From Lytechinus pictus (taxonomy: Eukaryota), in the NCBI RefSeq assembly GCF_037042905.1, contig NC_087246.1, forward strand, positions 3,038,001 through 3,102,000: 64,000 bases of DNA, given 5' to 3'. The position numbers and the translations under genes are program-made. Shown in pieces: positions 26,601 through 38,667 of the stretch (its first letter is position 1; the number at the start of each line of letters is the position of its first letter). Under the pieces are notes generated by a model, which was not told the DNA's origin, searched no databases, and saw only the letters and a program-made list of their open reading frames with translations.

Positions 26601-29600
26601 ACTTGCTGTATAATTTCAATGTATTTTTGGTACAAATAGAAATCAATGCATATAAAAATATTATTTGCACGTCTCTGCAATTTCCTACTTCGACATTCAG
26701 AAGAACACTTCGTATTCTTTTTTTCATTTCAATTAATTGTATTTTAGATTGTGAGTTTAATTTTATTTTTCTCTGAATTAAAACTTAAAAACAATTTGCA
26801 AAAAATTTTGTCTTGATGCTGTGTATTAAGATAGCTCAATTATTGATCTAAGAGCAACTCTAAAGCAAATTTCACTTCTGGGGATTGTCTATCTTTTATG
26901 AATAATGAAGAAGAGAGGGACTTGAACTGAATATATTAATAAGATATTAATGTACTTACATACTGATGTCTGTATTCATCCATTAATGATTACAGGATTG
27001 CATCGTGTATGCTTCTGCTTTCTCTGATGAAGAGCTAGATGAACCCCCTGATAAACCACCACCTCAAGAATCATCAAAGACTGAACCTACCACTCATCCA
27101 GACATTACCCAGGCGCCACACAGTGAAGGTTCTGATGATACCACTCAACCAGACATTACCCAGGCGCCACACAGTGAAGGTTCTGATGATACCACTCAAC
27201 CAGACATTACCCAGGCGCCACACAGTGAAGGTTCTGATGATACCACTCAACCAGACATTACCCAGGCACCACACAGTGAAGGTTCTGATGATACCACTCA
27301 ACCAGACATTACCCAGGCGCCACACAGTGAAGGTTCTGATGATACCACTCAACCAGACATTACCCAGGCACCACACAATGAAGGTTCTGATGATGTCCTT
27401 GAAGTAATCAGTGGAGGTCTAACCAATCCATCTACTTCTGAGGATGTACCTGAAGCACAGAAGACTGGGCAGGAAGAGGAACAGAAGGAAGAAGGAGATG
27501 AGAGAGAGAAGGAAGGAGTAGACCATGTTGAGTTGTCACCCAATCACACAGGTCTTCCTGGGGGTAGAGAGAGAAAGACTTCATCCAGTAACTCAAATGT
27601 CTTTTTCTATCAAGGTATGTTGTCTTTGAATTATTTCTATTAATTTTCTTGATTTCTGATTTGTTGATAAGATCATTGTATATATTTGTTGATAAAGTAT
27701 TTTTCAACTAGGGTGTCACAATACTACCACATGTGCTTCATGTTATCTTTCAGGATCCTGCAGTATATATTCAGTTCAAATAAAATTTAAAGTATTGAAG
27801 TAATTAGTTATTTCAGAAATGCAAAATAAAACTTTTATAAGATGGCATTGTATTATTAAGATAAATCATTTAATTTAATAAAAAACATTGTATAAAGTTT
27901 ATGTTTTATCCTATTGACCTACCTTTCCCTGTCCGTCCTTTCTCCTGTCCCCCTCTTACTCTATAACCCTTTGCTCTCTGCCATACAGCTGAGGATGGGC
28001 AGCACCTCTATCTTGGTTCCCTCAATGCTCGTTGCTTGACACATGAATATGGTCATCTAGAGTACTCTCCATTGACCATCACAGCCAAGATTGTTGAGAT
28101 TGAACACGTCTCTATTACCCAGGTAACATTTCACATCTTCTTTTCAAAGTATCAACCTGTTTTTTTGCCTCCACATACCATAGATGGCTACCTTCATTTC
28201 AATGTTGCCTGAAAGTACCCAAGATGACATTGAAGATACCAAGTAAAGACTAAATGATGATACTGAGTTGGATCTCCAAGTTATTGTAGACGTCAATTAC
28301 AATTCCTCCCATTTCCTCTGCTCTTCCAGGATTTCCGTAACAGGATGCGCCACCTTCAGCACTTGCCATTGACATGTGACGTCAGCATCTGTGAACTTGC
28401 CCTTCGTCCCCCTACCCTCTCACCCAAGACACTCTCCCACTTCTCTACAGAGATTCAAAGGAAGAAACAGAAGAGGGATAAGAAGGCTCGAGAAGAGAAG
28501 CGTAGGGAACGCAAGATCAATCAGGAAGAGGACCGTAAGAATGGTATCTGTAAGTATTCCAATCATATACAGCTGTTTGAGATGTTTTACTATTTGACAG
28601 GTGGAGTTGCTTTGTGTGTAATTGCATCAATGAAAAGGGATTGAGATTTAGTTTACTACTTTTTGTCTCGCCCACCGGAGGTTCAGGCGAGACTAAGGGA
28701 TCCAAATGTCGTCCCTCCGTCACAAACATTGCTACCATGACAAAATAGGATAGCAAAAAAAATGTTCTTCAAGATCTTTGAAATACTCACTTTCTGTGTC
28801 TCTATTTTATGAAACAATTAATACACTTGTGCTTTGTCATGTGTAAAAGTAAATGCACTGAAAGTTTGGTTTCTTCAGATGGTGCCCACTGGGCACTCAC
28901 CTGTACACACACACACTCACCTGACACCTATCTAAAGGGCATAGATTCCTTTTCTACTCATGCACTTAGCTCCATGTATATCTATATCTTCGTCTAGGGT
29001 TAACCCTCACAAGACCCGGGTATTTTGTGAGACCATGTGTCGTAGGAGGGGGGGAGGCCCCCCTTTGAGATCTCTATCATGCTGAAAATGGGCACATACA
29101 TTGCCCGCGACCTAATCTACAAAATCATAGTTATTTTTTCCATGAAAATTACTTTTAGTTCAGTAATTTTACTTGAATTTTTATTTTTTACCTTTTGTTT
29201 TTCATTGTTCTTTTTTATGAAAGTTTTCGGTGACACTTGCGATTATAAACAGCATAAAAATAATATATTTTCAATCAGTAATAGTAAAGATATTTATACC
29301 AGGGCTCTACACTAGCGACGGTCCAGACCGGTAAAGATCGCCGTCGGGCCAGTAGATTTTCAGAAATAGCAAGATTTGCTGGTCCGACATGACCAGTAAA
29401 AAATATCATTGTCGAGCTTGTAATTTTTCCGCAAAATAGCAAGATTTATGGGTCCGACATGACCATTAATAAAAACCATCGTTGGGCCAGTAACTTTTCC
29501 AGAAATGGTCAAATTCACTGATCCAACATGACTCAAATTGCAAACCATTTTCCTCCCGTTATTTTATGTCATTCACACACAGAATACACACAGAATGAAT

Positions 29601-32600
29601 CGCATGCAATTTTTACTAGGGTAACATACAGTGTACATGTACATGTATACCTAACCAGTCACACAGCCCACATGGTAGATTTTCTACTGGCTGCGCAAAC
29701 GAAGCTTGGCTGAACCTCTGGCAGAAATCTCTCACAGAACTGTCAAAATTCACATTTTACATTAATGAAAAGCTCTTATAATGTCCATATCTCCTAAAAA
29801 TTGGGGTAACTCTGTAAGCAGTAAAAGTCTTGAAGTTTGCGATAGTGTTTAGAAATAGAAGCTAAATTATTATCAGCTTGATTTTAAAATTTTATTTTTG
29901 TTCCTCTGCCAAATTCTTATTTTGTTTTGTAAAGATGGAATAAGTACTTAACAGATGAAATCTTGAATATTAGTTTCACCATTTGTATATTTATTAGATC
30001 CCAAGGCAAGATATTCTCTGAAGAGCACCAATCAGTTCCCATCCTGCAGTACAGAAGCTGTTCCAGATAGCTCAGTTTTAATCAGACCCATCTCTCCTGC
30101 ATCAGTAGATTCAGCAGCTTCCTCAAACTACAGCTCTGTTCTATCAGACCATCCTGATGATGATCTCATTTATGGTTCATTACATGGTAAACTACCAAAT
30201 ATTATCTTTCAATAATAATAATACCAACATGTTTATATAGTGCATATCACTGCCAAATGCATCCTTCTGCACTCAATTGGATATTATTACAAGAAACAAT
30301 AAGTAGATTTATTGACCCCCTTTTCAAGATGATACAAAATACATTTATCATTACCTTTAGCTTTAGCTCCAGCTGCCATTTAACCATGATGTTCAATGCA
30401 TTCAAGGAATTTAATCCTGCCAAGAACCCATTCACCTCACCTGGGTCAAGTGCAGCACAGTGAATGATTCTTTTTAAGGTTAACATGCCATGGTTTTGAG
30501 CACATTGCCTTCTATTTGAAAACCATAGTCAGATCCACTAGACCACAATGCTGTTACAATTGTGTTTAGAATTTTTCATGAATGACAGAGCTCCTGGCCT
30601 TTTTTGTGAGTTGTAGAATTCATGATCACAGGACAAACCAAACTCTTCCTCAGCATTTAAGAGCAGGGAAAATAGTACACACTATATGCTAAAACGTGTT
30701 CCTCATTGGTTCATAGGTTTCCATGTATCTTATGCAAGAACTAACAACATTGGCAGGTTGATTTTTTTTTTGGGGGGGGGGGGTGGATTCCTTTTTCAAA
30801 AGTTGGTATTGATAGTAGTATTTTGTGAATGGAATCTTACACTACAAAAGACCTGGTCATGTGAGTCATGAATACTAATGAATTTGCAAATAGGTGTTGA
30901 TGTACATGTATACAGGGTCGATCACTTGGCACATGAATAAAATTATTTCAAGGAAATAACAGTAAGTGAGTGATATCAATATAATATAGGATATTATTTA
31001 GGTCTGATTTTGTTAAAGAAGTAAAAGGTGAAATTCTAGCTAACTTTATGAATGTCTACATTTTTTGGTACATTAGAGGTGAATATCACATGGTTTTGAC
31101 CAAACAGCATGTAATCAAAAGCTAGGCCTTGCTGTTGGGGATGTAGGTATCTCCCAAATGTGCCAATATTTTCATGCTTTTTTTAATTCACGGCCAATTG
31201 ACAATATGAGAAAGTAACAGCTTTTGCAATTAATTTTAAACTTAAGAAAAGTTTGTCAGACATAGCTTTTAAAAAACAAGCTACAAGTTAACAGGTTTAC
31301 AAGAGAGAAACAGGTACTTGAGGTGTTGATTAAAAAAAAGAGTAAAGGAATTGTGTGGAAGTCTTGAAGTTGATTGGCTTTGTTTCACCTATAATAGAAT
31401 TGTGGATAGCTCTTCTAATTATTATAGTCACTTGAATCACATGTAATTTATCTGGTGATTTGAAACCAGAGATATATTGTTGAGAAGAGAACCATTGCTA
31501 AAATTATTGCCTCAAAATCTTAAGCATTGCACACTGTTTGATTGGCCACGTGAATCAGAAAATTAGAAAGCTTCAAAAGAATCTGCATGAAAACTAGAAA
31601 GACTTGTTTTGTTAAAATCTTAAGTTTTTAAGCCCTGTCTATCGTAGGTGATTGCTTGGAGAATGTGTATTTAGGTTGTCTATCCTTCCCATTTCATTCT
31701 CGCGATATAAACAAAATTTTTTTTCACAGATCATCATCAAACTTTGAGTATACAGATAGGAGTGACCATGATCTGATTAATTTAGGGTTATAAAGTTCAA
31801 ATGGCAAGAGGTCCTTAAATACCCATTAGTACACTGTTCTCATGATATCAAGCCTAGAACTCATCTAGTTATTAATCATTTATCTTGCAGACGAGGTGGA
31901 GGTTGCCAACTCTCCTTTGGATGCTCCAATGTTTCCATCAGGAGGAGCAAGTGGAGGGGGAGGAGGATCATGGTCCTCTGTTAGTCCAGATAACCAGGGA
32001 GGTCATCGCTCATTTGCACAGGTAATATTTTCAGGCCCTTTGATTGGATTCTCATAGTATTTAGACCCTTGGTTAAGTTAGACCATACATTTCAATTGGC
32101 TACCTCATCTAATTCATATAATTCCATATCTGCAGTGAAACATGGCCCAATATTGATGGCTATGTATGCATTTCGAAAATTTGATTTATTACATATCCAT
32201 CATTAACATCACAATTGCCATCATTGTCATTATTATTTTTGCTTATCATTTTTCATATGTTCAGATGTTGCGTGATGGAACAGCCAAGCCATCATCTCCA
32301 ATGAAGTCGAGTAATCCACCATCAGCTAGCCCCCAGCACTACGTTGCCAGCTATGGCCGAACTCCTAGGCGTGAGGTTACAAGTAGCAATGAAAGTGACA
32401 ATGAAGACTATGTACCTGTCCCACTGTTCAAGGATGCCTTCAGTAATGCCATACAAGATGCACTAGATAAGGCTGCATCCATGTCAATCAAGAAAAGTAA
32501 GTTGTTGAAGTAAAGAATTATAAGGCATCACAGGGTCATTTCTATCCCTCTCCCCTTTCTACAATCTAACGAGAAAAATATTGGGAAATTTAAATTGCGA

Positions 32601-32900
32601 TAAATTTAAATTGATTTGATTATATATGATATTGATGTATTTAAATTTTCTGAATATGTGTCTCCCAAACCCTTTGTTATTAGTTAATGAATTCTATTTT
32701 GCAGATTGATTGTATTTCTATAATTAAGGTTGATATGTAAAACTAGCTTTTTAAGTTAAAAGAGTAAATTTGTAACTTTCATTCTCTTACCAGGTGAGGA
32801 AGTAGATAGAGAAACTGAAGGAGGAGGAGGAGGACGGAAGAACAAGAAAGGTCGCAAGAAGCAACTTCTTTTTTCAACCGCTGGTCATCGCTATAAATAG
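17541..32900 (+). CDS. RNF10: RING finger protein 10 (E3 ubiquitin ligase), about 933 aa; join(17541..17622,19758..19939,20336..20526,20854..21002,22365..22491,23808..24012,24502..24555,24885..24929,25529..25589,26480..26553,26996..27614,27989..28122,28330..28549,29998..30186,31891..32021,32265..32496,32794..32900)
   Basis: 17 GT-AG exons in consistent phase (2802 nt). Recognised RNF10 motifs: [41 protein letters not shown]3HC4 [35 protein letters not shown]...[39 protein letters not shown], and C-terminal KKQLLFST. The start could alternatively be the ATG at 17562. Confidence 0.95.
17647..18157 (+). repeat. Diverged tandem duplication in RNF10 intron 1 punctuated by five TAGTATTCAACC motifs
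   Basis: Motif near 17648, 17831, 17852, 17946 and 18143; segments 17648-17865 and 17946-18157 are recognisably homologous (e.g. GATCGAATTAT(A/G)CGGCGA). Confidence 0.7.
19758..19939 (+). CDS. RNF10: RNF10 exon 2
   Basis: [19 protein letters not shown]...[12 protein letters not shown]...RRDE. Confidence 0.88.
20336..20526 (+). CDS. RNF10: RNF10 exon 3
   Basis: [10 protein letters not shown]...[13 protein letters not shown]...FSKEQFLQA. Confidence 0.93.
20854..21002 (+). CDS. RNF10: RNF10 exon 4
   Basis: [11 protein letters not shown]...[11 protein letters not shown]. Confidence 0.93.
22365..22491 (+). CDS. RNF10: RNF10 exon 5 (RING core)
   Basis: [41 protein letters not shown]. Confidence 0.95.
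22998..23376. mobile_element. PIF/Harbinger-like MITE
   Basis: TIRs GGCCAGTATTCAATTC / GAATTGAATGCCGGCC; 3-bp TSD CAG. Confidence 0.6.
23808..24012 (+). CDS. RNF10: RNF10 exon 6
   Basis: [26 protein letters not shown]...EVLDQ. Confidence 0.92.
24502..24555 (+). CDS. RNF10: RNF10 exon 7
   Basis: [18 protein letters not shown]; AG/GTAAGT flanks. Confidence 0.85.
24885..24929 (+). CDS. RNF10: RNF10 exon 8
   Basis: [15 protein letters not shown]; AG/GTAAGC flanks. Confidence 0.85.
25529..25589 (+). CDS. RNF10: RNF10 exon 9
   Basis: [20 protein letters not shown]; phase 0 to 1. Confidence 0.78.
25997..26116. mobile_element. PIF/Harbinger-like palindromic MITE
   Basis: TIRs GGGCCCGTTGCA / TGCAACGGGCCC; TSD CTG on both sides. 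Confidence 0.72.
26480..26553 (+). CDS. RNF10: RNF10 exon 10
   Basis: [25 protein letters not shown]; phase 1 to 0. Confidence 0.75.
26996..27614 (+). CDS. RNF10: RNF10 exon 11 (contains 17-aa tandem repeat)
   Basis: [13 protein letters not shown]...([17 protein letters not shown])x6...SNVFFYQ. Confidence 0.9.
27089..27394 (+). repeat. Coding minisatellite, 6 x 51 bp
   Basis: Unit ACCACTCAACCAGACATTACCCAGGC(G/A)CCACACAGTGAAGGTTCTGATGAT, copies nearly identical. Confidence 0.95.
27989..28122 (+). CDS. RNF10: RNF10 exon 12
   Basis: [45 protein letters not shown]. Confidence 0.93.
28330..28549 (+). CDS. RNF10: RNF10 exon 13
   Basis: [25 protein letters not shown]...[12 protein letters not shown]. 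Confidence 0.93.
29998..30186 (+). CDS. RNF10: RNF10 exon 14
   Basis: [17 protein letters not shown]...[10 protein letters not shown]. Confidence 0.85.
30370..30555 (-). mobile_element. Diverged copy of the tRNA-derived SINE
   Basis: Reverse complement matches the 5031-5321 body (GTGCTGCACT..ACCCAGGTGAGGTGAATGGGT..TGGCAGGA..ATTCCTTGAA). Confidence 0.7.
31891..32021 (+). CDS. RNF10: RNF10 exon 15
   Basis: [15 protein letters not shown]...GGHRSFAQ. Confidence 0.87.
32265..32496 (+). CDS. RNF10: RNF10 exon 16
   Basis: MLRDGTAKP...[24 protein letters not shown]. Confidence 0.9.
32794..32900 (+). CDS. RNF10: RNF10 exon 17 (stop)
   Basis: [34 protein letters not shown]. Confidence 0.9.
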
Positions 32901-34764
32901 AATCCCTTTCTGATGGAATCCACCTCCTCCATAAGAAATGCTTTGTTCTAATTGTGCGGAAGATGTTACAAATTTGGTACTCTGTATACATTGTAATCTC
33001 TTGATTAGGTTTTGTTTGGAAAATGCAATTTATTGCATTGAAAGGTATGAAAGATTATGTATTAAAGTTGATGCAATGCTTTTGCTTAACTATAAGGCCC
33101 TACATCCACTGTGATTTGGATCAAATTTACTTTGTTATAAAATGGGCAATCAAAATCTATGTACATGCATGCCTTTTTCTTCCACTTATCTAAAAAAAAA
33201 TAGTGAACATATATTCTTCTAAGTTTTTTAACCTTTTTTGCGAGTTTAACAAGTCTTATCCTAATGTGATCTTTTATCACTTGTTAAGTATGAAATGCCG
33301 AGATAAGATATCTGTTTATTTGTTTCTTTCATCTGTGCTCATTGAATAAGCATCATGGTAGTCGAAAGTAGAAAGTTTAATTTGATTTTGGTTATACTTT
33401 CAAGGTCAGTAATGTCTCGTTTTCATATCAGTTATACTTTATAATGATATATGTAGCCATCGTAAAGTACAATATTTGCTGATTTACAATATAATATTTA
33501 AATCAGTTTCTGGATAAGAAAGCAGTGTGACATAAAGACATTACTTGATACGCTGATTCATAGATAATTTATTCATTAAAGAATCAAGTTTTCCATTTCC
33601 AAGGGGAGAAGTGCAAGGATTGTATATTTATAATTCTATAATGAAAACCATGCTTTTGAAGCACGCCATTTATGTTGGTGCTTTTTTCTCAAATAAAAAG
33701 GCAAACAATGCATGTGTGTTTGTTACTTTAATCTTGTTACAAAGCATTTTATAATATTCAGTTGTTTTTGTTTGATTGCTTTTGTTTCTTTTGCCCTTCA
33801 ACAAGCATTGTTCAGTGGTTCGTGTAAAATTAACATTATATTACAGCACCTATATTCATTAAAATGTGTTATAAAACGGGTTCAAGGATGTAGGAATAGT
33901 TCATGCGTATGCAAGTCACATGTTCATGCTTCAGTTCTACAAAACTTCCCAGCTGTGCATTTTGAGTGCATCATTTTCCCATAGTGCTTAAAAATTGAGA
34001 TGCAATCTGAAACGTGTGTTCTTTCAAAGGGAAGGCATGCTGCCGTTGCTTACTTTGGCGCACATACTAGATACACCTGTGATATCATAATTTAAAGCAG
34101 GTGTGACCTCTGCATCTGCGCAATTCTTGAAAATTTGGAGGGATGCAAACAACCTTTCCACTACTGATTTATACTACCGACCCGTTTTATAAAACAAATA
34201 ATGTACATTTTAAAATTTGTAATGTTATCGACAATGTAGGCATATCGGGTATTCACAATAACCTGTAAAAGTACTCGGCACAAGTGCCTCATGCTTTCAC
34301 ATATTGCAAATACCCTCAAGTGCGCTGCATCGCCATTCCAGACTCATAAATGTGCATTATTTGTATATTATGATACATATGTATTTTGTATGTTACACTG
34401 CCCCTCATTTTCGACTATTTTGGTTCAATTTCAGTTTAATCCAAGTTTTCTAGTTTTGAGTGGAAAAAAGAAGCCAATAAGAAGAGTTGATATATTTGTA
34501 AAGTTAAATTTTGCTTGTAAATTGAGATTGTGTTTTCTACTGTATATTCACATGCAACAGAGTCAAATTTGGTAAACAAAAAGCTATTGTGAAATGTATA
34601 TTATGATTTACAAAGTCAAATGAAATGTTTCTAATTTAATGTAAACATCGGTACTAAAGGACTTATGAACATATTTTTCAATCATTATATACAGTTATAT
34701 GATAAAGCCTCTTTATCACTTTCATTGTGTGCAAATTGTGAGTTTTTATATCTAATTTCTTTCT

Positions 34765-35635
34765 TCCTCGCCCACCAGAAGTGAAGGCTAGACTTTCGGA
34801 TCCATTGGCATCCATCCGTTCTCCTTCAGTCACAAACGTCTATGATCCATTACTTGGAAAATGGGATGGTAGATGCATTAGGGGTACCATCATGTTGCGG
34901 TGCTGTCGGAGGTCACATATTACGAGGTCAAAGTTTATTTGAAGTCACAATGTTAGAGTAGTTGAAGGACTTTTTCTTACATACTTTAAAGTTTACTTGC
35001 ATGACTCTGTTTTGACTCATAACTTAGTGGTAGATACACTTGGGGCACTATTATGTTACGTTTCTGTCAGAGACCACATGTTGAGGTTATAGGCCATTTG
35101 AGGTCAAATGTTATTATTGGCAAGACTTTCTTACAACAAATAACCTTGCAAGCATCGCTCCTTTTCCAACTACTCGTGGGTCATAGATGCACATAGGGGA
35201 ACCTTCATGTTATGGTGATGTGGGAGGTCACAATGTGAGTTCAAGGGTCATGTGAGGTCAAATGTTAGAGTTACTCTGCAAAGGTTGCTCCAATGGCTAA
35301 CAATCTTTTGTGTGAGATTCACTTGGGATTTATTCATGTTAGTTATGGTGCCTTCAGAGCTCACATGAAGTCAAAGGTCATTAAAGTTCACCTGCAAGAC
35401 TCTTGCATGACAGATAACTTATCAACCCTCACACACTTTAAACTAAATTTTGGTTATAGATAAACTTGTGTAATGCTTCCCTTAGAGGTAACATTGTAAG
35501 GTCAAGGTTTAATCAGACGTTTAAGTTAACCTGCAAGACTTTCTTGTGAAATCAAACTTTGTACTTTAGGAAACCTTTAATGTTACATAGTCACAGGTGG
35601 GCGAGACACAATTTGAATTTGGCTGTTGCTTTGTT
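34765..35635 (+). mobile_element. Helentron/DINE-1-like non-autonomous element (HINE)
   Basis: Sub-terminal inverted repeats CTCGCCCACC (34767) / GGTGGGCGAG (35596), internal degenerate tandem repeats rich in GAGGTCA, T-rich ends; a 5' fragment of the same family lies at 28661-28745. Confidence 0.6.
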
Positions 35636-37489
35636 TGAATTTTAGAATCCTGCTCCCACAAGAAACTAGGATTCATTTTAGAGTTTGAAGAAGGAAAAAA
35701 ACCTTTCGACTATTTCAAATATTGAAATTCTTGATACTGCTTCTAGTTCATGTAATTTCACATTGTTTCATTTAAAGCGTGTGATTATTAAACTACTAAA
35801 TGGCAAAGGGTAGGAAATGAAATCCAATCAGGTATTTAGATGACTCCTCAAAATTTAGATAAAGAATAATTTAATCGTGCTCTGAGATGACAAGAACTTT
35901 GTTTTGTTTTTCAGGCAGAAGCATATATTTTATTTTTTAATCTTGGTGTATTGGATGCTGAATATTAAGGTATTACATTTTGTAAACACAAAATTAAGAA
36001 CTGCTAAGATATGTTGACTGGTATTAGCTTCCAATGTTTATCCATACCTCACAATTTTCTTGAATTATAGGATCAACATATACTGACATTTTTCAAAGTG
36101 TGATTGTATTTCGTTATTTTACTTTTTCCTTTGGTTGGTGACATTATTTCATAATGTCAATATTTTGTAAGTCAAACCTATTTGCATTGCCAGATGATCA
36201 ATGGTTATGGTTTTATGCTATTTGATGTACATTCATAATGTTTGTATGCCCCATAGTTTTAACTGTATACACCAATCACATAATTGCACACACTAAAAGA
36301 GCGTTCCATCCTTTTATCTCCCCTCTAAAATATTCTTGATTTTATTTCAATAAATCTATTAATCTTGAAAATTTTTATCAGTCTGTTTGATTTGCATCTT
36401 ACGGTTCTCTGAGTAATGCTGTGTTCTTCCTTGATGAAAAGCAAGTTTGAAATATCCTTTGGTATCTTTCATATCCTATAGGGGCTGACAATGAGCATGT
36501 TCCAGTTGGGTGCAAGTCTTGTATAACTTACAAAGATTATGCTGACTTTCCCTTCTAGTCTGGCAGAACTTTTATAACCAAATTTTTGATTCTGTTTGTA
36601 AGATACGAATGACTTTACGCACAACTGGTGATCCTTTTTTTGTGCTATGTGTTATCCGTATGTAATTATTTTATGACCTAAGAAAATTTTCCAGTCGTGC
36701 GTATAAAGTTGTGCGTAACTTTACGAAGAGCTTTATGAAACACCCACCAGGTATGAGTTTCCAAGGTTATGCCACATTTCCTTAGTGCATGTCAGACCAA
36801 AATTACTCAAAAACATGATTTTATATACAAATCCAATGCAATTTCTGTATGTAGCCAAAAAATTCATAAATATATAATTACTTTTACTGATTAAAAGCAA
36901 TTGGTGTCATGTTATTTATGACTGAAATAGTGACACAAACGATTTCCATTTTAAAAAAATCCATAAACAAATTTCAGAAATTTGAAAAGCAATATAATAA
37001 GATTTAAAAAAAACAGAAATTGCCACTTTTTTCACATTTATTTGATAATTCTAAAAGGAGTGTCCAGATCAAAATAAGGCAGTTTTGGAGCTGTATTCAA
37101 GAATTAACATCCAAAAACAAAACCAGATTTAAACTTTAGATTGAGGATGATGAGAATATTTTTCTAAGATGAGAATACAACAGTGCTTATAGGTCAGATC
37201 TCAGTGGGTATTCCTCCAAATTCAGCAGAATGGATTTGAAAGGAATGTTTGAATCACATGATGGAAATACTTGTAGATTGATGAATGAAAGTAGACAAGA
37301 GTGATTATGGAATTGATGAGTATCAATGCGTTCTTGAGGAGACTGTTCTGATAAATCATGGATTGTTGAGTAATTGATGTATGGGTTGAATGGTGAGAGG
37401 CTATGAACTATAACACTTTACAGTATTTCTCTGATTAACGGTAATAAAAACCATATCAGAAGTTTGAATTGAATTATTATCTCTTCCAG

Positions 37490-37694
37490 GTGGGGTGTTT
37501 CACAAAGATTTAAGTATGACTTAGAGTCGCACTTAAATGCCTAGTTGCGTTGTTATAAAACATTGGTCAGATCATGAAAAGAGGATGCGCACTACTGCAT
37601 ATTGATCAATTAGATTGGGCGTCATGCATTTCAGATACGCGTCAGCATTTAAGTGCGATTTAAGTCATACTTAAATCTTTGTGAAACACCCCAC
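37490..37694. mobile_element. Palindromic MITE (Harbinger-like)
   Basis: Arms GTGGGGTGTTTCACAAAGATTTAAGTATGACTTA..TCGCACTTAAATGC and reverse complement; TSD ambiguous. Confidence 0.7.
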
Positions 37695-38463
37695 TGGATT
37701 GTTTTACGAGGGTACAGTATATCCATCTGTATCACTGGACTAACAAAAATTGTTATACCCAGTAACCTATACAGTGTATGTTTGTAACTTTGTATGTTGT
37801 TAAAAGTGATATATTTCTTTTTAATTGTGAGGCATGAAGTCACCAGGTTTTTTGTTATGTTGGGTTTTTTTTTCTTTCTTTCTTTTTATATGTGTTCTGT
37901 CTAGGGGCAGGTCCAGGATTTTCCAAAAGAGGGAGGGGCACATTTTTTCTAGGAAAATTTGACAAGCAAAAAAAAAAGTTCACTAACTGAAGGTCATCTA
38001 AATTGTCCACATGAAATTTGACACAAAAAAAGGTATGCATGACACATTCCCATTACAAATATTTCCTATGACTCTCAAGGGGGGGGGCACACTGGTGTAT
38101 TACCAGCATATTTTATTGAAAATATGGCTCTCAAAAGAATGGGGGGGGGCACGGGCCGGATGTGGGGTCACTAGTCTTAAACACAAGAAAAAAAAATAAA
38201 TTTTCAAGTATGAAATACTACATATTGAAAACAAATTCCAGTGAGGATGGTTCAATCATATCTCATGATACCGCTGTTATTATGTTTGAATAATTGTTTG
38301 GTCATATAAAACTGATGGTGTAATTTGGAAATTGAATTTGGATATACGATTGGCATGAAGCAAAGACTATCAACTTGTTAACATTAATTCCCCGAATTGT
38401 TTCGTGCAATTTCAATTTTCACACTTACAAAATGTAGTGATTTATTAAGATTTATAAGAAGAT

Positions 38464-38667
38464 ATGAGTGAAGACATTGATGATGATGAGCGAAAGCCTT
38501 TGTTGTCGAGCAATCAGAACAATGATGATGAAGAAATTTTTGGAAAAAACGGTCTTTCAGTGTCACAAAGACGACTTCTCGACTCGCGAACGAGACTGCG
38601 GGAGACCGCCGGAATGCAAGCCGGAGATTTGGGGGAACTGAAACGCCGGGGTTCGTTAGTCAGCAAG
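38464..38667 (+). CDS. SLC13 putative exon 1 (N-terminal extension)
   Basis: [18 protein letters not shown]...KRRGSLVSK; strong donor AAG|GTAAGG, phase 0; CpG-rich. Confidence 0.65.

Noticed and set aside
27039-27407. Overlapping repeat ORFs in other frames and on the minus strand (27039-27407, 27074-27376)
   Set aside because: By-products of the 51-bp repeat; only the RNF10 frame has splice-phase and homology support.
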